Program-made: the position numbers and the translations under genes | Notes under the pieces: model-generated | The model's database searches: none | What the model saw: only the letters and a program-made list of their open reading frames with translations | What the model was told of the DNA's origin: nothing | In this document: positions 24,250 to 37,500 of the stretch, piece after piece | How the letters are laid out: each line of letters opens with the position of its first letter | Position numbering within the stretch: position 1 is the first letter of the stretch | Assembly: GCF_044704955.1 (NCBI RefSeq) | Contig: NC_091995.1 | Coordinates: 63,798,001 to 63,862,000, forward strand | Length of the DNA stretch: 64,000 nt | Direction of reading: 5' to 3' | DNA from: Pristiophorus japonicus | Taxonomy: Eukaryota

Positions 24250-24765
24250 GTGACATTACTAGTGACGTTTGTGTGACGTTGCCGGTGATGTTTGTGTGCT
24301 GTTACCGGTGATGTTTTTGTGCTGTTACCGGTGATGTTTTGTGACGTTACCGATGATGTTTGTGTGACGTTACCGGTGATGTTTTTGTGACGTTACCGAT
24401 GATGATTGTGTGGCGTTACCGGTGATGTTTGTGTGGCGTTACCGGTGATGTTTGTGAGATTTTACTGATGATGATTGTGTGACGTTACCGATGATGATTG
24501 TGTGGCGTTACCGGTGATGTTTTTGTGACGTTACCGATGATGTTTGTGTGACGTTACCGGTGATGTTTGTGAGATTTTACTGATGATGATTGTGTGACGT
24601 TACCGATGATGATTGTGTGGCGTTACCGGTGATGTTTGTGTGGCGTTACCGGTGATGTTTGTGAGATTTTACTGATGATGATTGTGTGACGTTACCGATG
24701 ATGATTGTGTGACGTTGCCGGTGATGTTTGTGTGATGTTAACGGCAATGTTTGTGTGACGTAACA
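24250..24765 (+). repeat. 23-bp minisatellite (GTGACGTTACCG.TGATGTTTGT)
   Basis: About 22 tandem units; shorter inverted paralog at 41660-41825. Confidence 0.9.
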
Positions 24766-24849
24766 TTCTGCCATTTATTTAAATAAAACAGCTCGATTGA
24801 GAAATGAATGACTTCAATGTCCATCTAAATAAAATAATACTGGGGGCAG

Positions 24850-26410
24850 CGAATTCTGTGGGCTCCGACAACATCCTGGCTGTCGTCCTGATAACTTGTG
24901 CTCCAGAATTCGCGCGCCTCTAGCCAAGCTGTTCCAGTACAGCTATAATCTGGCATCTACCCAATGTGGAAAACTGCCCAGGTATGTCCTGTCAACAAAA
25001 AGCAGGACAAATCCAATCCGGCCAGTTACCGCCCCATCAGTCTACTGTCAATCATCAGCAAGGTGATGATAGCACTGTTGACGACATCTTCCACGTGGCA
25101 TTTACTCACCAATAACCTGCTCACTGATGCCCAGTTTGTGTTCTGCCAGGACCACTCGGCCTCAGACCTCATTACAGCCTTGGTCCAAACATGGGCAAAA
25201 GACCTGAATGCCTGAGGTGAGGTGAGAGTGAATGTCCTCGACATGAAGGCAGTATTTGAATGAGTGTGGCATCAAGGAGGCCAAGTAAAATTGAAGTCAA
25301 TGGAAATCAGGGGGAAAACTCCACTGGCTGGAGTCATATCTAGCACAAAGGAAGATAGTTGCGATGGTTGCAGGCCAATTATCTCAGCCCCAGGACATCG
25401 CTTCAGGGGTTCCTCGGGGTAGTGGTCTAGTCCCAACCCTCTTCAGTTGCTTCATCAATGACTTTCCTTCCATCATAATTTCAGAAATGGGGATGTTCAC
25501 TGGCGACTGCACAGTGTTCACTTCCATTCGCAACTCCTCAGATAATGGAGCAGTCCATCCCCGCATACAGCAAGACCTGGCTGACATTCAGGTTTGGGCT
25601 GCTAAGTGGCAAATAAAATTCGTCCCAGACAAGTGCCAGGCAATGACTATCTCCAACAAGCGAGAGTCTAACCACCGCCCCGTATCATTCAGTGGCATTA
25701 CCATTGCCGAATGCCCCGCCATCAATATCCTGGGGGTCAGCATTGACTAGAAACTTAACTGGACCAGCCACATACACACTGTAGCAACAAGAGCAGGTCA
25801 GAGCCTGAGGATTTTGCGGCGAGTGTCTCACCTCCTGACTCCCCAAAGCCTTCCCACCATCTACAAGGCACAAGTCAAGAGTGTGAAGAACACTCTCCAC
25901 TTGCCTGGATTAGTGCAGCTTCCACAACACTCAAGAAACTCGACACCATCCAAGACAAAGCTGCCTGCTTGATTGGCGCCCCTTCCACAATATTAGACAT
26001 TAACCCCCTTCACCACCAGCATCCCGTGGATGCAGCGTGTACCATGTACAAGATGTACTGAAGCAACTTACCAAGGTTTCTTCTGCAGCACCTCCCAAAC
26101 CCGCAACCTCCAGCACCAAGAAGGACCAGGGCAGCAGGCGCATGGGAACACCATCACCTCCACATTGCCCTCCATCTCACACACCATCCTGATTCGGAAG
26201 CATATCGTCATTCCTGCATCGTCACTGGGTCAAAATCCCGGAAATCCCTCCCTAACAGCACTGTAGGTGCACCATCACCACACGGACTGCAGCGGTTCAA
26301 GAAGATGGCTACCCCACCATCTTCTCGAGGGGCAGTTAGAGCTGGACAATAAATGCTGGGCCTTGCCAGCAAAATGCACATTCCGTGAACGAACAAAAAA
26401 ATAAATAAAT
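24850..26410 (+). mobile_element. 5'-truncated non-LTR retrotransposon (CR1/L2-group RT), disrupted
   Basis: WKTAQVCPVNKKQDKSNPASYRPISLLSIISKVM, SGVPRGSGLVPTLF, degenerate FADD (FTGD); AATAAA and A-rich tail at ~26350-26410. Confidence 0.88.
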
Positions 26411-26820
26411 ATTGAATAAATCAAGCACGCCATGCACCCGTCCCTCCAACCCACCGTCTGCCCCACCTGTGACAAAGACTGTAATTGCCGCATTGGTCTC
26501 ATCAGTCATCTAAGAGAAGAAGAAATATTGAATAAATCAGTTTTGTTTCAAACACTCAGTATGTCCAATATTTGATTCCTGCATGATAGTAGGAGACTCA
26601 AGGATTCTTTGCTTAAGAATTCATAGCAACACATTGCTATAAAAACTAGTTGGTTTATTAGTAAGGTTTAACAATCAGAGTACACACAACCATTTCTTCC
26701 ACCAGGCTCACAACCAATTGCCTCATCGTGGATTGACCGATCCCAACTGGGAGGTTTGTCGTGAGTCTTGTGAACACCACGTGACTGGCTAAGTCGCTCC
26801 CAACTCAGCAGCTCTACAAC

Positions 26821-27106
26821 TATTTTTGGTGTAACTTTAAAACAAGTGACCCTTTTTTAAGGGCACAAAAAAACTAAAAATTAACTATTAAATATTGAAG
26901 GGAAATTTGTCAATCAAATTTAGTTCAAATTTGGTTCCCTGTTGAAATGACGCAGTGCATTCCCTCTGGTACCCACCTCTCACAGAAGGCCGCGAGCATA
27001 CTGGGGGGACACCTCGTGCTCCATCACCAGGGACACACTGGCACGAATGTTGCACTGAAAGAGAGGCAGGCAGTCAGGCTCAGTGACACCCTCGACCGCC
27101 CGCTGC
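26821..27106 (-). mobile_element. Tx1-like LINE 3' end inserted in the Gypsy 3' LTR
   Basis: Minus frame RQRAVEGVTEPDCLPLF...RASVSL.MEH resembles Tx1 ORF2 C-termini. Flanked by CTCAGCAGCTCTACAA (26804-26819) / CTCAACAGCTCAACAA (27107-27122), a TSD-like 14/16 match. Confidence 0.65.
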
Positions 27107-28776
27107 CTCAACAGCTCAACAAACCTGTGGGCATCCTCAGAGCTGCATGCATTACATTGCTTCCCCTTTTTTTTCGATGGAATGTATGGTACAATATTTC
27201 GGAAGATTACTTATCATGATTACAATATTACGAATTCGGCTGCTGAGCCTGAGTATCTTATTGCAAGATTTTAGCTTCCTCCTGTTCAGATTTCGAGTTA
27301 TGTGTCATTCTATGCCCATTTTCTACATTCTTATTTGACTCCGGAGACCGCCTTGGGGGAATTTGTGTTTTCAGGGCTTGTCGCCCAGGATTCCTGACCT
27401 CTACCTTCCTGTGTCTTTTTGAGTTTCCTTGGATCCCTTCCATCCATCCTCGTGTTCACTTTCTTCCGAATACCTTGATATTCACATATATCAATATCCT
27501 GTCTAGTTGGTTTTCCTTTCCTCATTGCTCTTCTCAACTGAGCACCAATTCCACATCCGCCTGCAGAAGATACAGGGCCTCTGAGAGATTATCCCACACC
27601 CGTAGAACCGCCTTCAGTCTGCTGCGTCTGAATTTGTAACCATTGTGTCTGTTAAAATGCTTGGACCTGTCAACCTGCTCTGATCATCGTCCAAGTCAGG
27701 TTCACAATTATCTCGTCGTGGTATCGAAGGTGCAGCACTCGCTAGCAACATTTGACCGACAAAACTGTTATATTCAGCAATTTTCACCAAGTACAGTTTG
27801 GTACCGCATACCCAAATAATTATACAATTGTCCCAATTGCGTGGACTTGGCCTTTTGGACAGAATGAAAACTCTGACCTAATCACCCTGCTGAAAGCATC
27901 ACTCTTTAGTACCGGAATGATAATGATGTTTCTGAATTGATTGTGCCTTCTCTACCTTATCAGACAAGTTTGGTTGCAATAAAGTGAGACACGTCCTCAG
28001 CCTACGCTTCATCAATAATTCAACAGATGTGTACCCTGTTACAGAATGAGTCATAGCCCTCTATTTGAAAAGAACATTCGCTAACCTGCGCGTCATGCTC
28101 ACCGATGCTCTAGTCTGTAGAACTTGTTTTTGCAAAGCCTCCTTTAACAATCCTGACTCGCCTTTTAGCTGCACCTTTCGAACCAGGATGATATGGTCCT
28201 ACTAATGTGTGTTCAATACCGTTGTGTCTGGCAAAACTCGTAAATTGCATGGACTGAAAATGAGGCCCATTATCTGACACCATTACTTCACGCAGCACAT
28301 GGCATGCAAAAATATCCCGTAATTCATCCAATGTAGGCTCTGAAGTCGTGGATGACCCCATATGATGTACCTCCAGCCACTTCGAATGGATATAGATTTG
28401 AATCGGAAAATTATCGCTGCCCCTCTCACAAAAATCAATATGTATTATTTGGAATAGTCTCATTGTCCAAGTCCATGTTTGCAGCAGCGTTTTAGCTGGC
28501 ATGGTCCTGCAGTATTGACAGAGTACACTTACTTACTAATAAATCTCAGTCTTTATCCAACCCAGGCCAATAAACAAACTTCAAGCCACCGCTTTTATGC
28601 TTATCATGAGCCAGTATGCTCATCGTGGAGTTCTGTCAAAATTTTGGCCCGTAGTGCACTGGGAATGACTACTCTCAGGCCCCATTTTAGACATCATTGC
28701 TCACATGACAATTTGTACCGATGATGATAAAAGGGCTTTAACCCCTCATCTACATGCGTCTGGTCATCATACCACC

Positions 28777-31293
28777 TGTAGTGTAAGTAGGCACCTTTAG
28801 TAATGACTCCACGAGGCAGGGTATGATACCTAAACTGTGTAGAACTGTGGTCATTTATTTCCAGTTCCTGAGTGAGGACAGAAAGCTGTGAGTTCCTTTT
28901 TATACTGGGTTATCTGCACTGTGCAGGTAATTCGTAGGTCTCCAGCAGCAGCACCCTTTGGTGTACAGGTAAGGTGTGTACATTAAAAGCGTGCATTCTG
29001 TGGCATAACAGTGTTACAGACATCACACAGTAAACAGGAGTGTATACACAATAATACGCCCCGCTAACCATTTTTCATATCCTTATTGTCATGATCAGGG
29101 GAGGTGATCTGTGGTGGGCTATGGTCGGTTGTGGTGAGAGTTGTGTGGTTGCCAGGTAGGACCACTGTGCTTGAGGCTGGCCTCGTCCGTTTGCCCTCCC
29201 TCAAACACAGACCACCTGGGTGTCACTCTTGTGGGAGCACGCAGTGGGAGGCGGCGGGGCGTAGCTATGGCAGCAGTGCTAGTGGGTATACACTGTGATG
29301 TGGGTAGTTGTGGGATGATGGGCAGGGCCACAAGACTGGGTGGGCTCCTTGTCCAACAATTGGGATGAGGGTCAGGTCATCCCGGTGTTTGCCAGGGAAG
29401 CTGAGGATATTGGGCTCATGCTCCTAGTGTTGGCCATGGTAGACAGGGGTTGTAGGGCAGGTCTGTGCAGGTTGTCATTGCTGTTGGCTGGGCTACCCAT
29501 TGACCACTGTCCCTGTAGTGGCTCTGCTCCCACTGACTGTGTGTGTGTCCTGCAAGGGGCATCACATTCGTTCCAAAGGTCCAGCCTACACGGGCAGGTA
29601 GCCTGCTTGACCTGAGGATCTCCCACAGGGAGATTCCATTGGCATCAGCATGGTCTCTGTAGGACCCAATGTCCTTTGGCAGTATCCTACCGGTATGCAT
29701 GACACCTTGGCTCTGATCACACATTGTCGATCCTGCATTGTACATTCTAGCATTTGCATCACTTTTTGGGTGTCCTGCTTTCAATAGACATAGTTACATT
29801 AGGCATTTCACATTCTCTATCATTATTATTAAGCATAATAAACTTGTTCTTAACCTTACTGACACCTGCATTCATCTCATTGGTCACATTAGTTAAACCA
29901 GCGTCACAATTCATGGTTACATGCATACATTTTCTTTCTTGCACCCTTTAATTGCATCTTTAGTTTTAAAGTCCGTCTACTGAAATAGTTGAAACTTCAC
30001 CTTTAAATGTTTTTGGTTACCGGTCTCCTTTAAGGAAGCCTTCAAATCTGATTGGTCGCTCGGTGTCACGTGATGCTCCTCCATGATCAGTCGTGATATG
30101 GCCGCGGCCATTTTGATTACAAGTTTTTCTCCTCGTGGTGCTGGTTTTGCAGCCATTTCCTGGCTTTCCTGCAGGTGTTCTGTGCTGGTCTTTTCTTCCA
30201 CAGCGCCACTTTGCCTGATGTGGATTGGTTCATCCAGTTCCTGCCCAGCAGTGTGCGATCATCGCCGGTTACAATCCACCGGGTGAGTTTGTTCAACACG
30301 CCACCGTGGGAGACCTGGATGTCTACGCTGCCAAGGATTTGGATTTTACCTTTGATATAGGTGAGCAGCTTCGACTGGACAGGAGACAGTTTTGGTCGAT
30401 TGGCAGGATTTATCCAAATTTTTTCAATGGTCATTTTGCTCATCGCAGAGTGGCTCACCCCTGTGTCGCTCTGCCTAGAAGCTGGGACCCCGGAGACGTT
30501 TACTTTAATCGCCCACGGAGAAATTTCGGTGGAGCAGTTATGAGTTCCATACTCTTCTTCCAGGGGTTAAGCAACTTCACCTTCCTCTGTGTCAGAGCCC
30601 CGGTGATCAGCCAACTCTTCAGAGATGCAGTGAGTAAAGCTTTTTCTGTACTTCCTTTGAAGGTGCCTTTTCTCTTTGCAAGCATAGTCTTTGTAGCGGC
30701 ACTGGTGGGACCTGTTATTTCCTCCCCAGCGCCAGCACGGAGCTAGCATGTTTGCCGCATGTGGCGGACTCAGGGTTGTGAGTGTTTCTGCCCTTAGATG
30801 TCTCAATGCGGTGCACTGCTCTCGTCGGTTTAGAGTCCCTTAATGCTTGATTTAGGTGGTCGCCAACGTCGCACGGTGCAGCCAGTTACCTTGAGTGTTC
30901 CAATCTTTCTATAAAAGCATCCCAATCTTCCCCATCCATAAATTGCTGAAAGATGCTGAGATTCGACATGCTGAGCTTGTGGTTCGTGACGTCATATCCC
31001 ATCCTCGTCGCCAGTTGCAGTGTATGGAGGCACCTTTAGTAATGACTCCACGAGGCAGGGTTTGATGCTTAAACTGTGTAGACCGGTAGTCCTTTACTTG
31101 CAGGTAATGAGTGAGGACAACAAGCTGTGAATTATTTTTATACTGGGTTCCCTGCAGTGTGCAGGTAACCCTTAGGTCTCCAGCAGCAGCACCCTTTGGT
31201 GTACAGATAAGGTGCGTACAGTATAATGGTACACTCAGTTTGGCATAACAGTGTTACAGACATCACACAGTAAACAGGCATGCATACACAAAA
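28777..31293 (-). mobile_element. Second copy of the gag-protease-only LTR family, nested in Gypsy pol
   Basis: LTRs 28777-29053 and 31016-31293; CCACC TSD (28772-28776 / 31294-31298); PBS ATCCCATCCTCGTCGCCA (30996-31013). The host frame rejoins as YEHTLQGW|YDD. Confidence 0.92.
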
Positions 31294-32999
31294 CCACCCT
31301 TGTAGAGTGTGCTCATAGGCCCGCCCGTAAAGTAGCACCTCTCTGTGTGTGCTCTGCAATAACAGAGGCAATGACTGAAAAGTCCTCATCAACGACATCT
31401 AGAGTGAAGATTGATTGTTTGCAGTCAATTTCTCATTTTTCGTGCATCCACCACTGCATTCTGCTTCGATACTCGATTTTTTCATTGTACTGAGACAATA
31501 AAATAGCCCATCTTTGCATCCTGGAAGTCGCCACAGATGGAATTTACGCCTTTGGGCTTAGGATAAAGAGTAACAGTGTGTGATGGGTTATGACCGTGAA
31601 TTTCGTCCCAAAGAAAACTGGTGAAACGTTTTTAATACAAAATATAATTGCCAAAGCCTCTTTCTCAATCTAGGCATCAATTTTTTCACTTTTGTTGAGC
31701 GTATGCGATGCAAAGGCAATTGATTTTTACTGCCCATCATTCATATCATCGCTGCTCCCTGCTCCCACATATACCTAGATGCTTCACGTATAGTCTTAGT
31801 TCATGAGTCAGATTATAATGGACGAGAAGTGCACTACTGCTTAAGCATCATTTGCGCTTGTCATATGCATTCTGTTGCACTTTGTTCCATATCCAATGCA
31901 TCCCTTTCTTTAATCAATAATGGAGTGGTGCAAGCTCCGTTGCTAGTCCAAGAAGAAATTGAGCATAATATTGGACCATGCCCAAAAAGGATCCTAATTC
32001 AGTAACGTTTTTCGGTTCCAGAGCCATCATGATACCTTGCGCTTTTGCCTTAACTGGTTGGAGACCACAATCCGAGATAAACTACCTCACGCTGTATGAA
32101 TGCACTATTCATCACCTTCAGATTGTGGTCATGGAACCGTCTGGATATTTTTAGGGTTTCCCTCTCTTTGCCGGTGGCCATCAACACACCACCTAGATTG
32201 CACAAACAGTCATTCATTCCCTATAAGATCTGATCCATGGTAGGTTGAAATATCTTTGGTGAGGATTGATAACATAGAACCACTTAGTGTATGAATATAA
32301 GCTTTTGAGTGTGTTGACTGTCAGGTACTGCTAACTCTCCTTCTCAACGTTGAGTTGAGCATAGGCTTGGGAGAGACCCAGTTTTCTGAATACTTTGGCT
32401 CCTGCCAGTTCTGCGTACACGTTCTGTGATATCGGTAAAGGGTTCATCATCAATTGCTCGATTCATGGTAATTTTATAATCCCCAGGGAGCCGTACCTTT
32501 TTGTCTGCCTTGGGAATCACAGCTAACGGGATGGCTCATTCACTCCTGTCAGTTTTCACTAAAATACCCACTTTTCTCCCATTTATCTAGCTCTCACTCA
32601 CCCTGTGATTTTAATGCATATGGGATCGGCCTTGGTCTACAAAAAATAGGTTTGACATCCGTGCAATGTATCCCATGATTTCCTCGTATGAGTCATCAAA
32701 CATATTAGTCTATTTATCCAGCAGAGTATCTAGCTGAGACTTAACTATCTCTGTACTACAGATGCTGTATCAATCCAAACTAAGCACTCTGAGACAATCA
32801 TATTTCACTATAATAATAGGTAAGCTTCCTTGTTGCCCCTGGTATTGTACTATATACTCTATTTATCCAATCTTCCGCAGTTTTTCCCATGAATATGTTT
32901 TCAACTCTGCTGAGCTCGCCTTTAGTGGTATGCCCCTGAAATTATTGTAATACACATCCTGACTCATTATTGAGCAATCAGCCACTGTATCCATTGTAT

Positions 33000-33135
33000 A
33001 AAAACAGAAAATGCTGGAAATCTCAACAGGTCATGCAGCATCTGTGGAGAGAAAGCAGAACAGGCCTGACCTGCTGAGATTTCCATCATTTTCTGTTTTT
33101 ATTACAGATTCCAGCATCTGCAGTATTTTGCTTTT
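33000..33135. mobile_element. Short palindromic repeat element inserted in the Gypsy protease region
   Basis: AAAACAGAAAATGCTGGAAATCTCAACAGGTCA ... TGACCTGCTGAGATTTCCATCATTTTCTGTTTT forms a long inverted repeat. Confidence 0.75.
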
Positions 33136-34594
33136 ATATTACTGTATCTATTGTGATCCATTAATTATTAATCAGTACCAACATTCTGAAATCCTGACAT
33201 AAGGAATAAACTACCTTGCCCTTAACTGCATATATACCAGAACCTACATTGTTCTGATTCGTTTACACCCAATGAAGCCTCTGATTATTGTTAGGCCTAT
33301 ACTTGGATATCCATGTGGCTGCAATGTATCGCCTTACTTGGCACCGGTAGCATCTTGCCCATTTGAACCGACACTGTTGTGCGGTATGGTTGCAATTACA
33401 CCTATGGAATCTATCAGTCTTGGTTTCTTAACTCTCCCTCCTTCTGGACCTCACCCTCATCTGCATTGGTACAGCCCGGTGACAGTGAACTGCTACTACT
33501 GCGGGTAATGGTTGAAATCCTTTAATATTTTTCACTGCCATCTCTGTGGAGGAAGCTATCTTCCAAGCTTTCTCAAAGGAGAGATCTTCTATACCTTGAT
33601 TGGTCATTGTATGTGGACTAACGGTTCATCCGTTAGTCCACATACAATGTATCTCGAAGAGCCCTAGTAGGAATCCTCCAAAAGTACAGTGTGGAAATAA
33701 TTTCCTTATGGCAACAATGTATTCACTGATGGATTAATCGGGTCTTTGGTTTCTCATTGTAAATATATAGCTCTCCGCTATTTCTAAAAGCTGAGGATCA
33801 AAATGATTCTCCAAAATCTGTAATATGTCTGAGAATGAAACATCCTTTTCCTTTCTCGGGGTGAACAAATTCACTAAGATATCATAATTCACTGCACCAT
33901 TCATGAATGACTGAATAGCCTTCATCTTCTTGTGTACTGCTTGATTCTTTATTTGCGAACTTTACATACCTGCTGGGACTTCATTGACATCATTAGCTCT
34001 AAAGCATATTAGCAATCTTTCACTGTATGTTCTAAACGGTTCCTTATTGCTGTCAACGGCTCCCAGATTACTGACATAACTTGCTTTCACATCCATATTG
34101 CCTTCTTAGCTTAATAGCTGTTAATCACTCTCTTTAGTCTTTAATTGCTTTTCAATTATTCTAATTGGTTTTCCAGAAGCTCTTTTGTTCTGTACTCACA
34201 AACAAAACTCGTAATGCCAGACTCCCATTGCGCAACCATGCTGCTGGTATGGCTTCTTGCTGTGTTCCACTTGCCCTTACCTACACATCAAAGGAAATTC
34301 CATCAAAATGTATTCATAAGGAAAGATCCATTCTCGTCGCCAGCTTGTAATGTATTTGTTTCATGGGTTCTTTGCGCAATAAACCATAGCAACACTTTGC
34401 TACGAAGAACTAACTGTTTTATTAACACAAAAGGTTCAACAATCACTGTACAAATTACCAGTTAATCATCCTAATCGTGGAAACCCCGAACCCAAATGGC
34501 TGGGGTTTTATACAATCTTGTGAACATGACGTGACTGGCTAAGGCACTCCCACACAACAGTTCTAACAATGTGTCACCATCCTCACAGGGGCAT

Positions 34595-37500
34595 ACATAG
34601 AAACATAGAAACATAGAAAATACGTGCAGGAGTAGGCCATTCTGCCCTTCGAACCTGCACCACCATTCAATATGATCATGACTGATCATGAAACTTCAGT
34701 ACCCCATTGCTGCTTTCTCTCCATGTCCCTTGATCCCTTTAGCCTTAAGAACCACATCTAACTCCCTCTTGAATATATCTACCGAACTGGCCTCAACAAT
34801 TTTATGTGGTAGAGTATTCCGCAGGTTCACAATTCTCAGAGTGAAGAAGTTTCTCCTCATCTCGGTCCTAAATGGCTTACACTTTATCCTGAGACTGTGA
34901 CCGCTGGTTCTGGATTTAACCCACATCGGGATGATTCTTCCTGCATCTAACCTCTCCAATCCTGACAGAATTTAACATGTTTCTATGAGATCGCCTCTCA
35001 TTCTTCGTATTTCCAGTGAATATAAGCCCAGTCGATCAAGTCTTTCTTAATACATCAGTCCTGCCATGCCAGGAATCAGTTTGGTGAACCTTCGCTGCAC
35101 TCCCTCAATAGCAAGAATGTCCTTCCTCAGATTAGGAGACCAAAACTGCATACAATACTCAAGGTATGACCTCAAGCAGGCCCTGTACAACAGCAGTAAG
35201 ACCTCCATGCTGCTATACTCAAATCTTCTCGCTATGAAGGCCAACATGCCATTTGCCGTCTTCACCACCTGCTGTACATGCATGCCAACTTTCAATGACT
35301 GATGTACTATGACACCCAGGTCTAGTTGCACTTCCCCTTTTCCTAATCTGCCGCCATTCAGAGAATATTCTGCCTTCCTGTTTGTGCAACCAAAATGGAT
35401 AACCTCACTTTTACCTACATTAGTCTGCATCTGCAATGCATTTGCCCACTCACCTAATCTGTCCAAGTCACCCTGTAGCCTCTTAGCATCCTCCTCACAG
35501 CTCACACTGCCACCCAGCTTATTATCATCTGCAAACCTGGAGATATTAGATTCAATTCCTTCGTCTAAATTATTGATGTATATTGTACAGAGCTGGGGTC
35601 CCAGCACTGAGCCCTGCGGCACTCCACTAGTCACTGCCTGCCATTCTGAAAAGGACCAGTTTATCCCGACTCTCTGCTTCCTGTCTGCCAACCAGATCTC
35701 TAGCCACATCAATACATTACCCCCAATACAATGTGCTTTGATTTTGCACACCAATATCTTGTGTGGGACCGTGTCAAAAGCCTTTTGAAAGTCCAAATAC
35801 ACCATATCCTGTGGTTCTCCCTTATCCACTCTACTAATTACATCCTCAAAAATTCCAGAAGATTGGACAAGCATGATTTCCCCTTCATAACTCCATGCTC
35901 ACTTGGACCGATCCTGTCACTGCTTTCCAAATGCGCTGCTATTTCATCCTTAAAAATTGATTCCGACATTTTCCCCACTACTGATGTCAGGCTAACCGGT
36001 TTATAATTACCGGCTTTCTCTCTCCCTCCCTTTTTAAATGTGGTGTTACATTAGCTACCCTCCAGTCCATAGGAACAGATCCAGAGTCGATAGACTTTTG
36101 GAAGTTGATCACCAATGCATCCATTATTTCTAGGGCCACTTCCTTGAGTACTCTGGGATGCAGACTATCAGGCCCCGGGGATTTAGCGACCTTCAATCCC
36201 ATCAATTTTCCTAACACAATTTCCCGCCTAATAAGGATATCCTTCAGTTCGTCCTTCTCACTGGACCCTCGGTCCCCTAGTATTTCCGGAAGGTTATTTG
36301 TGTCTTCCTTCGTGAAGACAGAACCAAATTATTTGTTCAATTGGTCTTCCTTTTCTTTGTTCCCCATTATATATTCACCTGAATCTGACTGCAAGAGACC
36401 TACGTTTGTCTTCAATAATCTTTTTCTCTTCATACATCTATAGAAGCTTTTGCAGTCAGTTTTTATGTTCCCGGCAAGCTACCTCTCGTACTCTATTTTC
36501 ACCCTCTTAATTAAAGCCTTTGTCCTTCTCTGCTGAATTTTAAATTGCTCCCAGTCCTCAGGTTTGTTGCTTTTTCTAGCCAATTTATATGCCACTTCCT
36601 TCGATTTAACACTATCATTAATTTCCCGTGTTAGCCACGGTTGAGTCACCTTCGCCGTTTTAATTTTACTCCAGACAGGGATGTACAATTACTGAAGTTC
36701 ATCCATGTAATCTTTAAATGTTTGCCATTGCCTATCCACCGTCAACCCTTTAAATATAATTTGCCAGTGTATTCCAGCCAATTCATGCTTCAAACCATCG
36801 AAGTTACCTTTCCTTAAGTTCAAGACCCTAGTTTTTGAATTAACTGTGTCACTCTCCATCTTAGTAAAGAATTCTACAATGTTATGGTCACTCTTCACCA
36901 AGGGGCCTCACACAACAAGATTGCTAATTAGTCCTTTCTCATTACACAACACCCAGTCTAGGATGGCCAGCTCCCTAGTTGGTTCCTCGCCATATTGGTC
37001 TAGAAAACCATCCCTAATACACTCCAGGAAATCCTCCTCCACCGTATTGCTACCAGTTTGGTTAGCCCAGTCAATATGTAAATTAAAGTCACCCATGATA
37101 ACTGCTGTACCTTTATTGCATGCATCCATAATTTCTTGTTCGATGCTGTCCCCAAACTTACTATTACTGTTTGGCGGCCTGTAATCAACTCCCACGAGCG
37201 TTTTCTGCCCCTTAGTATTCTGTTGCTCCACCCATACCGATTCCACATCATCCAAGCAAATGCCCTTTCTAACTATTGCATTAATTTCCTCTTTAACCAG
37301 CAATTCCACCGCGCCTCCTTTTCCTTTCTGTCTATTCTTCCACAATGCTGAATACCCCTGGGTGTTGTGTTCATTGCCTTGTTCACCCTGGAGCAACGTC
37401 TCCGTGATGCCAGCTACTTCATACCCATTAACTGCTATCTGCGCATTTAATCCATCCACCTTATTCCGAATACTCCTCGCATTGAGGAACAGCGCTTTCA

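Larger units (their letters stand above)
26587..34597 (-). mobile_element. Decayed full-length Ty3/Gypsy LTR retrotransposon (gag-PR-RT-RH-IN) hosting nested insertions
   Basis: Diverged LTRs at ~26587-27156 and 34346-~34597; PBS ATCCATTCTCGTCGCCA (34326-34342); PPT 27161-27174. Gag ILENHFDPQLLEIAESYIF; integrase IHIDF/SDNGPHF/PYHP (28110-28502); RT YxDD decayed to NLGG (~32190). Confidence 0.88.

Noticed and set aside
30996-31013. tRNA-Ser gene
   Set aside because: Only the 3' 18 nt including CCA, adjacent to an LTR, so it is a primer-binding site.
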